Made by a program: the position numbers and the translations under genes. Shown in pieces: positions 9,146 through 19,770 of a stretch of DNA of 64,000 nucleotides. The stretch is from Vampirovibrionaceae bacterium NZW_1234. GTDB taxonomy: Bacteria > Cyanobacteriota > Vampirovibrionia > Vampirovibrionales > JAGQHJ01. The stretch is from positions 4,967-68,966 of the forward strand of contig JBGUGD010000025.1 of assembly GCA_041697335.1 (NCBI GenBank). Direction: 5' to 3'. Every line of letters begins with the position of its first letter. Positions within the stretch are counted from its first letter, which is position 1. The notes beneath the pieces were generated by a model. It did not search any database. It saw only the letters and a list, made by a program, of their open reading frames with translations, and had not been told where the DNA came from.

Positions 9146-10444
9146 TCATTCGTTTAAATTCAGTTGCCGAAATGCATTTATGGTTTGGTCGATATCCGCC
9201 TCGGTATGAGCCAGCGAAACAAAGCCTGCTTCGAAGGCTGATGGAGCCAGATAGACGCCCTGCTTCAACATACCGTGGAAGAATCGATTAAACCGTTCTT
9301 TATCACTCTTGAGCACATCGTCATAGTTCCGGATGGTGTGCTCGGCAAAAAATAACGTGAACATGGAACCCACTTGGGTGGTTGTGACCGAGAGACCTTT
9401 TTCTTGGGCAACGCTGGCAAGGCCTGACATCAATCGGGTTGTATTGGCCTCCAGGGTCTCGTACACCCCTTCTTCCTGTAACAATAGCAAGGTTTCAATG
9501 CCGGCTCCCATGGCCAAGGGATTGCCGGAAAGGGTGCCTGCCTGATACATCGGACCGGCAGGTGCCACGGTGTTCATAATGTCTTGGGAAGCACCATACG
9601 CCCCAACCGGGAGACCTCCTCCCACGATTTTACCCAGAGTGGTAATGTCGGGAAGAACACCATAAAGCTGCTGGGCACCGCCGTAGGCGACCCGGAAGCC
9701 GGTCATGACTTCATCAAAAATCAACAAGGCATGGTATTGGTCTGCCAGATTGCGAAGCCCTTGCAGGAATCCGGGCTCAGGTGGAATACAACCCATATTG
9801 CCGGCAACAGGCTCGACCAGAATGGCCGCAATGCTGTCGGGGAATTGCTGAAATAATGCGTCTACGGAAGCGAGGTTGTTGAAGTCGGCTAAAAGCGTAT
9901 TTTCGGTCGCCCCTTGGGGAACTCCCGGGCTGTCGGGAATGCCCAGGGTCAAGGCACCGGAGCCGGCCTTCACCAGAAGATCGTCGCTATGCCCGTGGTA
10001 GCAGCCGGTAAATTTTACAATCCGATCACGCCCCGTGTAGGCTCGCGCCAGACGAATGGCACTCATCACGGCCTCTGTTCCGGAGTTGACGAAGCGCACC
10101 ATCTCGATGGACGGAACCGCTTGAATGACGAGTTCGGCCAGTTCCGATTCCAGTAATGTGGGAGCGCCGTAGCTGGTGCCCCGCTCGGCTAAGGTTTTTA
10201 AGCGATCCACGACTGTGGGATGGGCGTGTCCTAAGATCATCGGCCCCCAGGAACCCACATAATCAATATACTTGTTCCCATCAACGTCCCAAAGATAAGC
10301 CCCCTTTGCCTGGTCGATAAAAACAGGTGTTCCACCCACGGAACGAAAGGCCCTGACCGGGCTGTTCACGCCACCGGGCATCAGGCGCCGGGCCTGATCA
10401 AACAGGAGTTGGGATTGTGTTTGCGTGGAGGATGCAGTGGGCAT
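9146..10444 (-). CDS. hemL: Glutamate-1-semialdehyde 2,1-aminomutase
   Basis: [19 protein letters not shown] and [15 protein letters not shown]. The 432-aa length is typical of HemL. Confidence 0.95.
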   Translation of the reverse strand: MPTASSTQTQSQLLFDQARRLMPGGVNSPVRAFRSVGGTPVFIDQAKGAYLWDVDGNKYIDYVGSWGPMILGHAHPTVVDRLKTLAERGTSYGAPTLLESELAELVIQAVPSIEMVRFVNSGTEAVMSAIRLARAYTGRDRIVKFTGCYHGHSDDLLVKAGSGALTLGIPDSPGVPQGATENTLLADFNNLASVDALFQQFPDSIAAILVEPVAGNMGCIPPEPGFLQGLRNLADQYHALLIFDEVMTGFRVAYGGAQQLYGVLPDITTLGKIVGGGLPVGAYGASQDIMNTVAPAGPMYQAGTLSGNPLAMGAGIETLLLLQEEGVYETLEANTTRLMSGLASVAQEKGLSVTTTQVGSMFTLFFAEHTIRNYDDVLKSDKERFNRFFHGMLKQGVYLAPSAFEAGFVSLAHTEADIDQTINAFRQLNLNE

Positions 10445-10778
10445 AACAGGGATCCTTCTATCTTCCTAACTAGCTTCCTGACCTTGCATTTTAGGTCGGA
10501 AGTGATTGTTCTCAGGGCTTGACCCGGGTGCTTTGCCGGAAATCATTCGGGGCCGGTCAAGCATCCAGATTAACGACGACATTATTATACGTCGAACTGG
10601 GATTCCCTGCATGGCAATTCCGGATACAACCATTGACTTTCTAAACCACCATGGCTTTAATGGAGAGGAGGCAGGCGGGGATGAACCGGTTCCGGCGCAT
10701 TAGAGAGCGTATTGGTTCAGGAACCATGAACCCGCAAAGCAACCCCGGTTATGGGGTGGCGCAAGGAGGACTTATCCA

Positions 10779-11837
10779 ATGTCCCGGACATTACCCTGGG
10801 AACCCATCATTACGATTGAGCAGGCTGGCATCCCCGAGATTACGCTGTATGGGACGGTTTCCATCTGGAGTCGGCGTCAGCAATCGGTCGTGTCCGTGGG
10901 CAATACCATGGCCTCTGTTTGGACCCATGAAATCCTGGCTCCTTGGTTGTTGGCGTGTCAGTACCCGATTCTTAAGGCGGCTTATCCCCAATTGCAGGCC
11001 AAGCATTTTGCCCTCATGATGTCCTCCCATAACGGTGAGGCCCTGCATCGGGATTTGCTCCATGAGATTCTACTGATTGGCAATCTCCTGCCTTCGGATT
11101 TAAAATGTCCGGCCCGCTATCCGAATTTTGGGCTTGCGGAAGCGGAGGTTCGCTATAGCGGGAGCAAGGCCAGTGCCATCTACCATCCCAACAGCGGCAG
11201 GCACCTGGCGATGTTACTCACCCTGAAGGCCCAGGGACAGCCCATTGATAATTATCTTGATCCGGCTCATGAGCCTTACCAAACCTTAAAGCATCTGTTG
11301 CGATGGCTCCTGGGGAATGAACAACTGATTCTGGAAACGGCTTTGGACAGCTGCGGTATGCCCATGCTGGCCCTGACGGCCCAGGATATTGCCAAGCTCT
11401 ATCAATCGCTGCTTCAAGGTGTCCCTGAGGAAAACTGGCTCTCTGTGCCATCGGCCCTTGCGCCTGTGGTACACGGACTTTCTGAAATTACGATGATCAT
11501 TCGGCAGTACCCCTATCTGCTTGGCGGAACCGACCGTCTGGATACACTGATGACCTCGGGACAATACGCTGTCAGGAATAATCTGATTCTGCTGGCCAAA
11601 GAAAGCCTTCAAGGCGGCATGATGGCGATTGGAACATCCCCGTTTCATCAATTCCCCGTAGGCATCGGTGTCTTTATCAAGCTCGCCTCTGCCTATCATC
11701 CCCTTCACCTGGAGCTTCTGTCGGATGCCATTTTCGAGTCCTTTAATCTGAAGGCCCCTGAACTGACGGCCGTTGAACATGGGGATACCACGATTACCCG
11801 CCTGCATTTTGCATTGCCTGTACCGCAACGAATCTAG
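10779..11837 (+). CDS. Asparaginase II family (Rhizobium-type, pfam06089-like) protein
   Basis: MSSHNGEALH resembles the ASHSGExxH motif, and DSCGMPMLAL resembles the DGCGAP motif. Strong AAGGAGGA RBS before ATG 10779. Confidence 0.65.
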   Translation: MSRTLPWEPIITIEQAGIPEITLYGTVSIWSRRQQSVVSVGNTMASVWTHEILAPWLLACQYPILKAAYPQLQAKHFALMMSSHNGEALHRDLLHEILLIGNLLPSDLKCPARYPNFGLAEAEVRYSGSKASAIYHPNSGRHLAMLLTLKAQGQPIDNYLDPAHEPYQTLKHLLRWLLGNEQLILETALDSCGMPMLALTAQDIAKLYQSLLQGVPEENWLSVPSALAPVVHGLSEITMIIRQYPYLLGGTDRLDTLMTSGQYAVRNNLILLAKESLQGGMMAIGTSPFHQFPVGIGVFIKLASAYHPLHLELLSDAIFESFNLKAPELTAVEHGDTTITRLHFALPVPQRI

Positions 11838-11915
11838 GGTGGCTGAAGGACGAATATGGATGCTCGCCGGGATACAATGACGACATGATGCCAGGGTAAG
11901 CAGAGCCGGAGAGCG

Positions 11916-12857
11916 ATGACTTCAGATCAGTTGGTTCAAACCCATCACGGGACTTCATTAGGTCAATATGAGGCCTATACGCTCCTGGATTGTGAAACAT
12001 GCGGGTTTATACATGTGAATCCCCTGCCTACATGTGAGACGTTGAAGGCGGTGTATGACGAACAGTTTTACGCAGACGACAAGCCTGATTACCTTTTAAA
12101 GGAAGAAAAAGAACATCCATACTGGTGTTCGGCCTTGTATCAGCCCCGGTATGCTCGCTTCGAATCACTTTTATCGGTTTCAGGCTCCTCAGAAAAGGTC
12201 ATTTTGGACATTGGGTGCTCCGGCGGTTTTTTTCTGCGCTACGGCCAAGAGCATGGTTGGCGCGTGTTGGGTGTTGAGCCCGGACGCCAGGCCGCTGCCT
12301 ATGCCCGGGAGGTCAGTCGGATAGATGTGATTGAAGGCTATTTTCAGGATTTACCTCTTGAAGCACATCAAAACACGTATGATGTGGTCCATCTGCGTCA
12401 TGTCCTGGAGCATTTGCCCAACCCTCAAGAGCTCTGCAACTTGGCTTACAAGGTTCTCAAGCCGGGTGGTCTGATTTGTATTGATGTTCCCAACGATTTT
12501 AACCCGCTGCAAAAGCTGTTACAGGATGAGCTTGGTTATGCGCCTTATTGGGTGGCGATTCCGCATCATTTGAATTATTTCAACCGAGATTCACTCACCC
12601 GGCTGCTTCACCGGTATGACTTTGAGGTGGTGTCTGAAGAGGTGTCCTTCCCCATGGAATTTTTTCTATTGATGGGGGATAACTATGTCGGCAACGAGAC
12701 CTTGGGGCAAGCATGCCACCAAAAGCGGATGCTGTTTGAGCAGAATCTGGATATGACCCCGGAAGGCCGCCAGTTTCGAGAAAACCTGTATGCCTTTCTG
12801 GCGTCTCAGAACGTGGGGCGAACCATTACTTTGTACGCGCGTAAGCCCTTGTCCTAA
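11916..12857 (+). CDS. Class I SAM-dependent methyltransferase
   Basis: Motif I is ILDIGCSGGFF. The post-I region is LKPGGLICIDVPN. There is an N-terminal CxxC (CETCGF). Confidence 0.8.
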   Translation: MTSDQLVQTHHGTSLGQYEAYTLLDCETCGFIHVNPLPTCETLKAVYDEQFYADDKPDYLLKEEKEHPYWCSALYQPRYARFESLLSVSGSSEKVILDIGCSGGFFLRYGQEHGWRVLGVEPGRQAAAYAREVSRIDVIEGYFQDLPLEAHQNTYDVVHLRHVLEHLPNPQELCNLAYKVLKPGGLICIDVPNDFNPLQKLLQDELGYAPYWVAIPHHLNYFNRDSLTRLLHRYDFEVVSEEVSFPMEFFLLMGDNYVGNETLGQACHQKRMLFEQNLDMTPEGRQFRENLYAFLASQNVGRTITLYARKPLS

Positions 12858-12901
12858 CCATCAGCTTGCTGGGAACACGCCGGGTTGAGCGGAGTCATTC
12901 A

Positions 12902-12930
12902 TTGAAGACAGGTGGCGGCTGGTCTATAAT
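12902..12930 (+). promoter_or_regulatory. Sigma70-like promoter for the PBP1A gene
   Basis: TTGAAG, a 17-nt spacer, then TATAAT, about 58 nt upstream of the GTG start. Confidence 0.5.
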
Positions 12931-12987
12931 CGGTGCAGGCGCTTGTCTGGTAAACGACCATAACGCCGGATACAAGGAGTCCCACCT

Positions 12988-15309
12988 GTGCTGAATCGAT
13001 TGTTGGCCTTTCTCGTTTTGATTTGTTTTGTTGTGGGTGGCTATGTGGCCTACACGGCCGTTACCTTGCCCAATGTCAAGCGAGCCCTGGAAACCGGGAT
13101 TGAACCCTCTCAGACCTCACAGATTCTGGCCAGTGACCGCTCGGTCATTATGTCTTATGGCAAGTACCAGCATAAGCCCATGACCCTGGATCAGATGCCC
13201 CAGGCGCTAATCGATGCGTTGCTCAGTACGGAAGACCGGCGGTTCTTTCAACACAAGGGAATTGACCCCATTGGAACGGGGCGGGCGTTATTCCGTGATA
13301 TTGCCCGTCGTGGTGCCCATGAAGGCGGAAGTACCATTACCCAGCAGTTGGCGCGCAATATCTTTTTGTCCCACGAGCGTTCTGTTCAGCGCAAGATTCG
13401 TGAAGCTTTGCTGGCGATTAAGTTGGAGCAACAGCTCACGAAAGAGCAAATCCTCGAGCTGTATCTGAATAATGTTTACTTTGGCGAAGGCGCCTATGGA
13501 ATCGGGGCTGCCAGTAATATTTATTTTGGCAAGAACCCGAGTAAGTTAACCAAGGCCGAGTGTGCCCTGCTTGCAGGTCTGCCTCAGGCACCGTCGCTCT
13601 ACAGCCCCTTTGCCAACCCGGAGTTGGCGAAGAAGCGTCGTAATACAGTCATTCAAAACATGCTGAGCCAAGGCAAGATTGACGAAAACGAAGCCAACAT
13701 TATGCTTCATGCCCCGCTTCGTTTGAATCCCCAAGGACGGTTGCTTTCCTCTGCGGACAAAGTTCCATTCTTCAATCGCTACGTGATTCAAGATGCCATG
13801 AACATCACGGAGACCGATGAACAGTCCTTCTGGCAACAGGGGATGCGGGTCTACACGACCTTGGATACACGGGCTCAAACCATTGCCGAGCATCAGGTTG
13901 TTTCTCTCAACAATGCGTTTGGGCGTACCGGCGCCAAACAGCAGGCCGCATTATTGTCGGTGGATTCCAAGGGCCGGATTATGGCTTATGTGGGTGGCAA
14001 GAATTTCTCCGTCAGTCAGTTCGACCGGGTTTCGCAAGCCCATCGGGCTGCCGGCTCGCTGTTCAAGATATTTGTTTATACGACAGCCATTGAACGCGGC
14101 ATTTCACCTCTGACCGTTTATAAGGATGCGGAAATCAGTTTTGGTGATTGGAAGCCCCTGAACTACGACAAGCGCTATCACGGGTTTATGACCTTGGCCC
14201 AAGCCCTGGCCCAGTCTAACAATATCATTGCCGTCAAGCTGATTAATGAATTAACGCCCGAGGCCGTGATTCAGATGGCCCAGAAGATGGGTATCCATGC
14301 CTCCATGCAGCCGAATCTTGCCTTGGCTTTGGGCGCTGTTGACGTCAACTTGCTTGAAATGACCGGAGCTTTCAGTACCTTCAGTAATAACGGCGTATTC
14401 ATACCACCCTATGCTATTGAAAAGATCGTGGATCGGGATGGGCGGGTCATCTATCAACACCAGCCCGAACAGCATGTGGTTCTCCAGCGAGCTGTTCGCG
14501 ACACCATGGTGGCGATGATGCAAGGCGTCATTCGTTATGGTACTGCCAAGGGTGCTGCTTTTGGCAGAGATGCGGCGGGTAAGACTGGAACCAGCGATGA
14601 TTACCGGGATGCCTGGTTTATTGGCTATACACCCGAAATGACAACCGGGGTCTGGGTCGGCAACGATGATAATTCACAAATGCCCGGGATCACAGGAGGG
14701 TCCCTGCCGGCCCGAATCTGGCGAGCCTACATGTCTCGGGTTCTCGGCCGTTTGCCTAAACAGTCCTTTGACTTGGCCTATGCCGCCCCAATCGAGGAGA
14801 AAGACTTTTTTGTGTATAACCTGGCCAATTTAAGCACTTCGGAAGGCAAGGCGGCAGAAGAAGGCGGCGAAGTGACCGAAGATGTCGAGTCCGAGCTCCC
14901 TGAAAATCCCGAGGGGGGTGTCGAGCAGCGTCTGGATGAAAACGGCCAGCCCGTCTTGGACAATACGGAAGCTCCCCAGGTTCCTGAAGTCATTGATATC
15001 AATACCAATCGTCCCAATTCGACTCCAACCAATGTGCCTGGACCGGAGCCTGCCACCCCGGTAAGACCACCTAGCGCACAGACTCCCACTACGGGGCCTG
15101 GACGTTTTACCACGCCAGCGGCTCAGAGCAGTCCGCCACCCCGAACCTTGAGTCCTGTCGGGCCTGCCGATCGGCCTGCACGTTTTGGAGCCGAAGCGAC
15201 CACGGGAACAGGACGAGCCTCCGCTTTTTCCCGCCCTATTGTAGAGCCGGTATCCAGTGGCCCTCGCTCTATTCCGAAACCACCGCCCCGGGACACACAA
15301 GTGGAATAG
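12988..15309 (+). CDS. mrcA: Bifunctional penicillin-binding protein 1A (GT51 transglycosylase/transpeptidase) with a Pro-rich C-terminal tail
   Basis: EDRRFFQHKGID and GGSTITQQ (GT51). SLFK (SxxK), SNN and KTGT (transpeptidase). GTG start after AAGGAG. Confidence 0.92.
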   Translation: MLNRLLAFLVLICFVVGGYVAYTAVTLPNVKRALETGIEPSQTSQILASDRSVIMSYGKYQHKPMTLDQMPQALIDALLSTEDRRFFQHKGIDPIGTGRALFRDIARRGAHEGGSTITQQLARNIFLSHERSVQRKIREALLAIKLEQQLTKEQILELYLNNVYFGEGAYGIGAASNIYFGKNPSKLTKAECALLAGLPQAPSLYSPFANPELAKKRRNTVIQNMLSQGKIDENEANIMLHAPLRLNPQGRLLSSADKVPFFNRYVIQDAMNITETDEQSFWQQGMRVYTTLDTRAQTIAEHQVVSLNNAFGRTGAKQQAALLSVDSKGRIMAYVGGKNFSVSQFDRVSQAHRAAGSLFKIFVYTTAIERGISPLTVYKDAEISFGDWKPLNYDKRYHGFMTLAQALAQSNNIIAVKLINELTPEAVIQMAQKMGIHASMQPNLALALGAVDVNLLEMTGAFSTFSNNGVFIPPYAIEKIVDRDGRVIYQHQPEQHVVLQRAVRDTMVAMMQGVIRYGTAKGAAFGRDAAGKTGTSDDYRDAWFIGYTPEMTTGVWVGNDDNSQMPGITGGSLPARIWRAYMSRVLGRLPKQSFDLAYAAPIEEKDFFVYNLANLSTSEGKAAEEGGEVTEDVESELPENPEGGVEQRLDENGQPVLDNTEAPQVPEVIDINTNRPNSTPTNVPGPEPATPVRPPSAQTPTTGPGRFTTPAAQSSPPPRTLSPVGPADRPARFGAEATTGTGRASAFSRPIVEPVSSGPRSIPKPPPRDTQVE

Positions 15310-15358
15310 ACCTGTTGTTTAGATCCCTAATCCTCGTTACAATAGGCACAACCCACAT

Positions 15359-15432
15359 GCGCTGTTAGCTCAGCTGGATAGAGTACTTGGCTTCGAACCA
15401 AGGGGTCGGGGGTTCGAGTCCCTCACAGCGTA
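15359..15432 (+). tRNA. tRNA-Arg (anticodon TCG)
   Basis: Cloverleaf read by eye. Acceptor GCGCTGT/ACAGCGT has a G1-U72 wobble. D-arm GCTC..GAGT. Anticodon stem CTTGG/CCAAG with loop CTTCGAA. T-arm GGGGG TTCGAGT CCCTC. No encoded CCA. Confidence 0.85.
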
Positions 15433-15572
15433 AGTATTCCTCATCACTCCATTTCACATGCCGAGTTTGTTGTAACAAATTCGTTATACATGCACCGGTA
15501 TTGGCAATTATCTAAAGGATATATTTTTTATTTATTATATCTTTTGCTTGAATGTGCCAATAACTGGAGTGT

Positions 15573-18470
15573 GTGTGTCAGATGTCATTGATTGACACAA
15601 TGTTTAAATTTCAGATTTTGTCCCAGCTCAGTGGGCGCAATTCGACATCGACCATGGGAAGTCGTTTCTTTGGACGTCAGGCGCAACCGCCGCAATATGG
15701 CCCGCCGGATCCCTATCAGGGTATGGCGCCGGATTTTAATCGTTATGGGGGGGCCTATGGCGGGTATGATTGGGATCAATGGGAAGATCCCCATGGGTAT
15801 GGTCATTCGGATAGCTTTTCGGGGTTCAATGTCTCAAAATATTTACCGCTCCTGTTTTTAAGCCGCCGTTCCAACAATTCTGGAAACACGCTGATTCTTG
15901 GAAATTCTCCGGGTAATACGCTTTACAATATTCCAGGCGCCTACCAAGGTGGCAATATACCGATATTTGGGGGAGGCTTCGGTAATGGTACCTGTGGAAT
16001 GCCTACGGTACCGACATGCTTTCAGCCCCCAACCGCATGTTACCCGCCCCCACCTCCGGTCTATCCACCCGGGACATGTCCGCCTCCGAATTATCCTCCC
16101 GTTAATCCTCCTATTTATCCCCCTGTGAACCCACCCGTGAATCCGCCGGTTCAGCCTCCCATTGTTATTGGCGTACCGCCGATTCAACCGCCGCCGGTCA
16201 ATCCGCCGCCGGATGTGTGTATACAGAATGCGTATGATGGTCGTAAGATCCAAATTTGGGGTGATCCGCACGTAACCATTACTCAGGGAACAGGAAGCAA
16301 TAACACCGATTTCCATACCCTGGGCTGGCAGTCCGCCTTGACTTATGACTATAACCCCAATAATGGCAATGTGGGTTCAGGTGATGCCTTTGCCCTGAAT
16401 GTCAAAAATACGGCGTGGAATAATAATGCGTCCGTTGCCGTCGTCACAGAAGCGCAGCTCAATATTGCCGGGGCCTATATTAATTTGAATGCCAATGGCA
16501 CGGTTATTGTAAATGGCTTTACGATGGCAGGAAATTCAGCGCAGATTAATACGCCCATAGGTCCCGTGATCATAACCAAAGATGCCAGCGGCAAAATTAC
16601 CATCACCGATCCCATCGGAACCATGGTGCAAACGGAATTGCTGGGCACCTATATGAATATGGACATCACCAATATCAAAGCCAAAAGTAAATTAGGAGGC
16701 TTTGCAGGGGATGCCGTTGAAAACTATGGCAATGTGAATGTCAACGGAAATTATGGCGTTGCTTCGGCAGCATCCCTGGGGGTGGTGGAGGATAGCTGCG
16801 TCACCACGCCGCCGCCCAATATTATTCCGGACGGTCCGACCCAGAATGTCATTAACGATGCCTGTACCCTGGATCAGGCTAACGGTCTCAATAACAATCC
16901 CATGTGTACACCGCCATTTGTCATCGGTGTTCCGCCCATCAATCCGCCACAACCACCGGATGTTTGTACCCTGAATCCGTTTGCCAATACCACCAGTCTT
17001 ATCTGGGGTGATCCCCATGTCACCATTACCGAAGCCGGCAATGCCAATAATACGGATTTTCATGCTCCGGGATGGCAGTCGGCATTGACCTACGATTATA
17101 ACCCCAATAACGGCATCATCGGCGGCAATGAGGCTTTTGCGCTGAATGTCTTCAATACGCCGATTAATGCCAACGGTGTGGCTGTGGTCACCGCGGCAAG
17201 TCTCACCATTGCCGGATCCAACCTGCAAGTGGATGTTAATGGGAATATGACGTTGAATGGCGTCACAGTGACCGGAAACCGGACCATCCAAACGCCACAA
17301 GGTGCCTATACCATCAGCGTGGCTGCCGGAAATGTCATTACGGTCACGGACCCGCTGGGAACGCAGATTAAGTTTACACCGGCCGGAGGCTCACTGAATA
17401 CCGAAGTTTCCAGAATCGGGGCACGAAGTGGTCTGGGTGGTTTCCTGGGCGATGCCTTGGAAAATCAAGGGAACGTCAATGTGAATGGCAATTATGCTGT
17501 GGGCAGCGCGACCAGTTTATGTGCGATTGATGATAACTGCGCCACACCACCACCGCCCATTGTGCCGGATGGCACTACGACTCAGGTCATTCATGATGCA
17601 TGTATGTATGATGCCAATAACGGCATCACCGGCAACCCGTTATGTCCCCCGATTCCTGTAGGCCTACCTCCAGTGAATCCGCCTATTGCTGTTGGCTTGC
17701 CAGCCATACCGCCAACGGTCTATGTAAAATCCTATGGCGACACCCACGTTGTAACGGCCCTGGGCATGAAGTTTGACAATACTTTAGAAGGTAATTTGGT
17801 CGCCTTAAAGAATACTCTGGCAGATTTGGCACCGAATCTCTATACGGATGCCGAAAAGCAACAGTATCCGCACGTCGGTAAACTCACATGGTTGACGTAT
17901 GAAAAAGCCAATCCCTTGTTCCCGGACTTAATGTACACCAACTCGAATACGGGCCAGATGCTGCCCAATACCTCGATTTACAAGCAACGCCTGATATTTG
18001 GTGATGAAAACGACATTAATAACCGGATTGTTGTCACCGTTACAGAAACCGGCAATCCCATGATTAAACTGAGAGGCAGCAACACGGCGGTTGAAATGGT
18101 CTCAGGGCAAAATTATGAAGTGGGTCCCGGTGAATTTATCAATTGGAATGGTGAAGCCGTCTCTCACAATGGCGACATTTACGTTGACAGTTCCAATGTC
18201 CTGAATGTGAGTACACGCTGGTTTACAGGGGTATTGACCCGTTCCGACTGGGGATCCGGACCAGATCACACTGGCATGTTCAATAATGTTGCGGTAACTT
18301 CCAACAGCAAGGTCGGGTATTTAATGGACCCCTATGTCACTGACGGGGTGGATTGTTCGCAGCCGGATCCGTTTGGTTTCCGAGACGGTGTCTGCGAGGC
18401 CGATGAGATAGCGGATAACATTGATGACAGATATCTGCTGCCGGAAGGCGCTGTCAACTGGACGTCCTAG
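15573..18470 (+). CDS. Large repeat protein with three GDPH/GDTH (VWD-like) modules and Pro-rich PPVNPP linkers
   Basis: 965-aa ORF. IWGDPHVTIT..NNTDFH..GWQSALTYDYNPNNG occurs twice (G-D-P-H codons at 16260 and 17007). A divergent YGDTHVVTA lies at 17736. No Sec signal. GTG at 15573 or ATG at 15582. Confidence 0.7.
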   Translation: MCQMSLIDTMFKFQILSQLSGRNSTSTMGSRFFGRQAQPPQYGPPDPYQGMAPDFNRYGGAYGGYDWDQWEDPHGYGHSDSFSGFNVSKYLPLLFLSRRSNNSGNTLILGNSPGNTLYNIPGAYQGGNIPIFGGGFGNGTCGMPTVPTCFQPPTACYPPPPPVYPPGTCPPPNYPPVNPPIYPPVNPPVNPPVQPPIVIGVPPIQPPPVNPPPDVCIQNAYDGRKIQIWGDPHVTITQGTGSNNTDFHTLGWQSALTYDYNPNNGNVGSGDAFALNVKNTAWNNNASVAVVTEAQLNIAGAYINLNANGTVIVNGFTMAGNSAQINTPIGPVIITKDASGKITITDPIGTMVQTELLGTYMNMDITNIKAKSKLGGFAGDAVENYGNVNVNGNYGVASAASLGVVEDSCVTTPPPNIIPDGPTQNVINDACTLDQANGLNNNPMCTPPFVIGVPPINPPQPPDVCTLNPFANTTSLIWGDPHVTITEAGNANNTDFHAPGWQSALTYDYNPNNGIIGGNEAFALNVFNTPINANGVAVVTAASLTIAGSNLQVDVNGNMTLNGVTVTGNRTIQTPQGAYTISVAAGNVITVTDPLGTQIKFTPAGGSLNTEVSRIGARSGLGGFLGDALENQGNVNVNGNYAVGSATSLCAIDDNCATPPPPIVPDGTTTQVIHDACMYDANNGITGNPLCPPIPVGLPPVNPPIAVGLPAIPPTVYVKSYGDTHVVTALGMKFDNTLEGNLVALKNTLADLAPNLYTDAEKQQYPHVGKLTWLTYEKANPLFPDLMYTNSNTGQMLPNTSIYKQRLIFGDENDINNRIVVTVTETGNPMIKLRGSNTAVEMVSGQNYEVGPGEFINWNGEAVSHNGDIYVDSSNVLNVSTRWFTGVLTRSDWGSGPDHTGMFNNVAVTSNSKVGYLMDPYVTDGVDCSQPDPFGFRDGVCEADEIADNIDDRYLLPEGAVNWTS

Positions 18471-18471
18471 A

Positions 18472-19770
18472 CTAGCGAATGCCACCGGATAGTTTTAACG
18501 CTTCACCCTTTAGGGAAAGCGTTCCTTTGACGGCAACGGATTCTCCCGGTTTTAACCCGGAAAGAACCTGGACTTTATTGGTGTCTGTTTTGCCCAAGTC
18601 CACGCGACGCTCTTCATACCGGTGCGGACCCGTCAGAACATACACAAAAGTAAAATCGCCATTGCGTTGAATGGCGGATTTAGGCACTGTAATGGCCTTT
18701 AAGGAATCGGTTTGAATGGACATATGGGCGAACATATTGGGTTTTAATATCAGGCCCGGATTCAGGACATTGGCACGCAGATCCAGGGTTCGGGTCTGAG
18801 GATCCAGAATGCTGCCCACGAATGTGACTTTACCTTTAAAGAGCCGATTGCCCAGACCGTCAACACGAACGTCCACCGCCTGGCCATGCCTGATTTTGGC
18901 AATATCCTTTTCGTACACATCCCCGACAAGCCACACCTGGCTTAAGTCGGCAATGGCAAACAGCTCTTTGCTCGGGTCCACAAGCTCGCCTGAATTGATA
19001 TTGCGGGTCACCAGGCAACCACTACGCGGGGCTGTTAATGCAATAAGGGGTTGGATATGTCGCGATTTCACGACAGAAGCAGCTGTTCCCGCAGGCATGC
19101 CATAGAGCCGCAGACGCTCTTCATAGGTCTGAATCAGGGCCGTTTGTTTTGATTTGAGGGTTTGAATGAAGACATTATCCTTTTCATATTGGGTGCGGGC
19201 CGCCTCCATATCCATGCGGGCTGAGACTTTTTCGTCATACAACATTTTTTCTCGGTCGTAGGCCGATTTTGAGAAGGCCACCTGGACTTTTGCCTGTTTC
19301 AGATCGGCTTCCAACTGCAGATATTCCTGGAGCAGTTCCATCTGGATCTGTCCTACGGCATCGGATTTAATGACAGCCAGTGTCTGGCCGGTTTGGACAG
19401 ATTGCCCCAGGGAAACCAAAACATCCACGGCTTTCCCCGCAACCGGGCTATAAACGTGACGGCTCAGTTCGTTGACAGCTTCAACCTTGGCGTGAAGCTC
19501 TGTACTCAGATTGAAACGTTCATAGGCAGCGGGCTGGGTTTCAATACCAATCGTCTTTTCCTGTTTTCCGGTTAACTGGATAATGATGGGGCCATGTTCG
19601 CGAATCTCATGCCGACCCGGAACATGGGGGATTTTGGCCTGGGTGCTACACCCGGAACATAAAACAGAAATGCCGGTGAAGGCGGATAAAAAGAGGTAAG
19701 GTGCCCACTGGCCAAGAAATAATTTAAACTTCGGAAACCGTGGCAACCACGGATAGGTGTTCAACTGCAT
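18472..19770 (-). CDS. RND efflux periplasmic adaptor (CzcB/CusB-like, HlyD family)
   Basis: Membrane-fusion-protein architecture: coiled-coil hairpin and beta-barrel segments (TLAVIKSD, VWLVGDVYEKDI). It is operonic with the RND pump. Confidence 0.85.
   Translation of the reverse strand: MQLNTYPWLPRFPKFKLFLGQWAPYLFLSAFTGISVLCSGCSTQAKIPHVPGRHEIREHGPIIIQLTGKQEKTIGIETQPAAYERFNLSTELHAKVEAVNELSRHVYSPVAGKAVDVLVSLGQSVQTGQTLAVIKSDAVGQIQMELLQEYLQLEADLKQAKVQVAFSKSAYDREKMLYDEKVSARMDMEAARTQYEKDNVFIQTLKSKQTALIQTYEERLRLYGMPAGTAASVVKSRHIQPLIALTAPRSGCLVTRNINSGELVDPSKELFAIADLSQVWLVGDVYEKDIAKIRHGQAVDVRVDGLGNRLFKGKVTFVGSILDPQTRTLDLRANVLNPGLILKPNMFAHMSIQTDSLKAITVPKSAIQRNGDFTFVYVLTGPHRYEERRVDLGKTDTNKVQVLSGLKPGESVAVKGTLSLKGEALKLSGGIR

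Noticed and set aside
16692-17300. 202-aa minus-strand ORF and others inside the VWD-like gene
   Set aside because: It is antisense to a frame showing clear duplicated protein modules, and it has no independent support.
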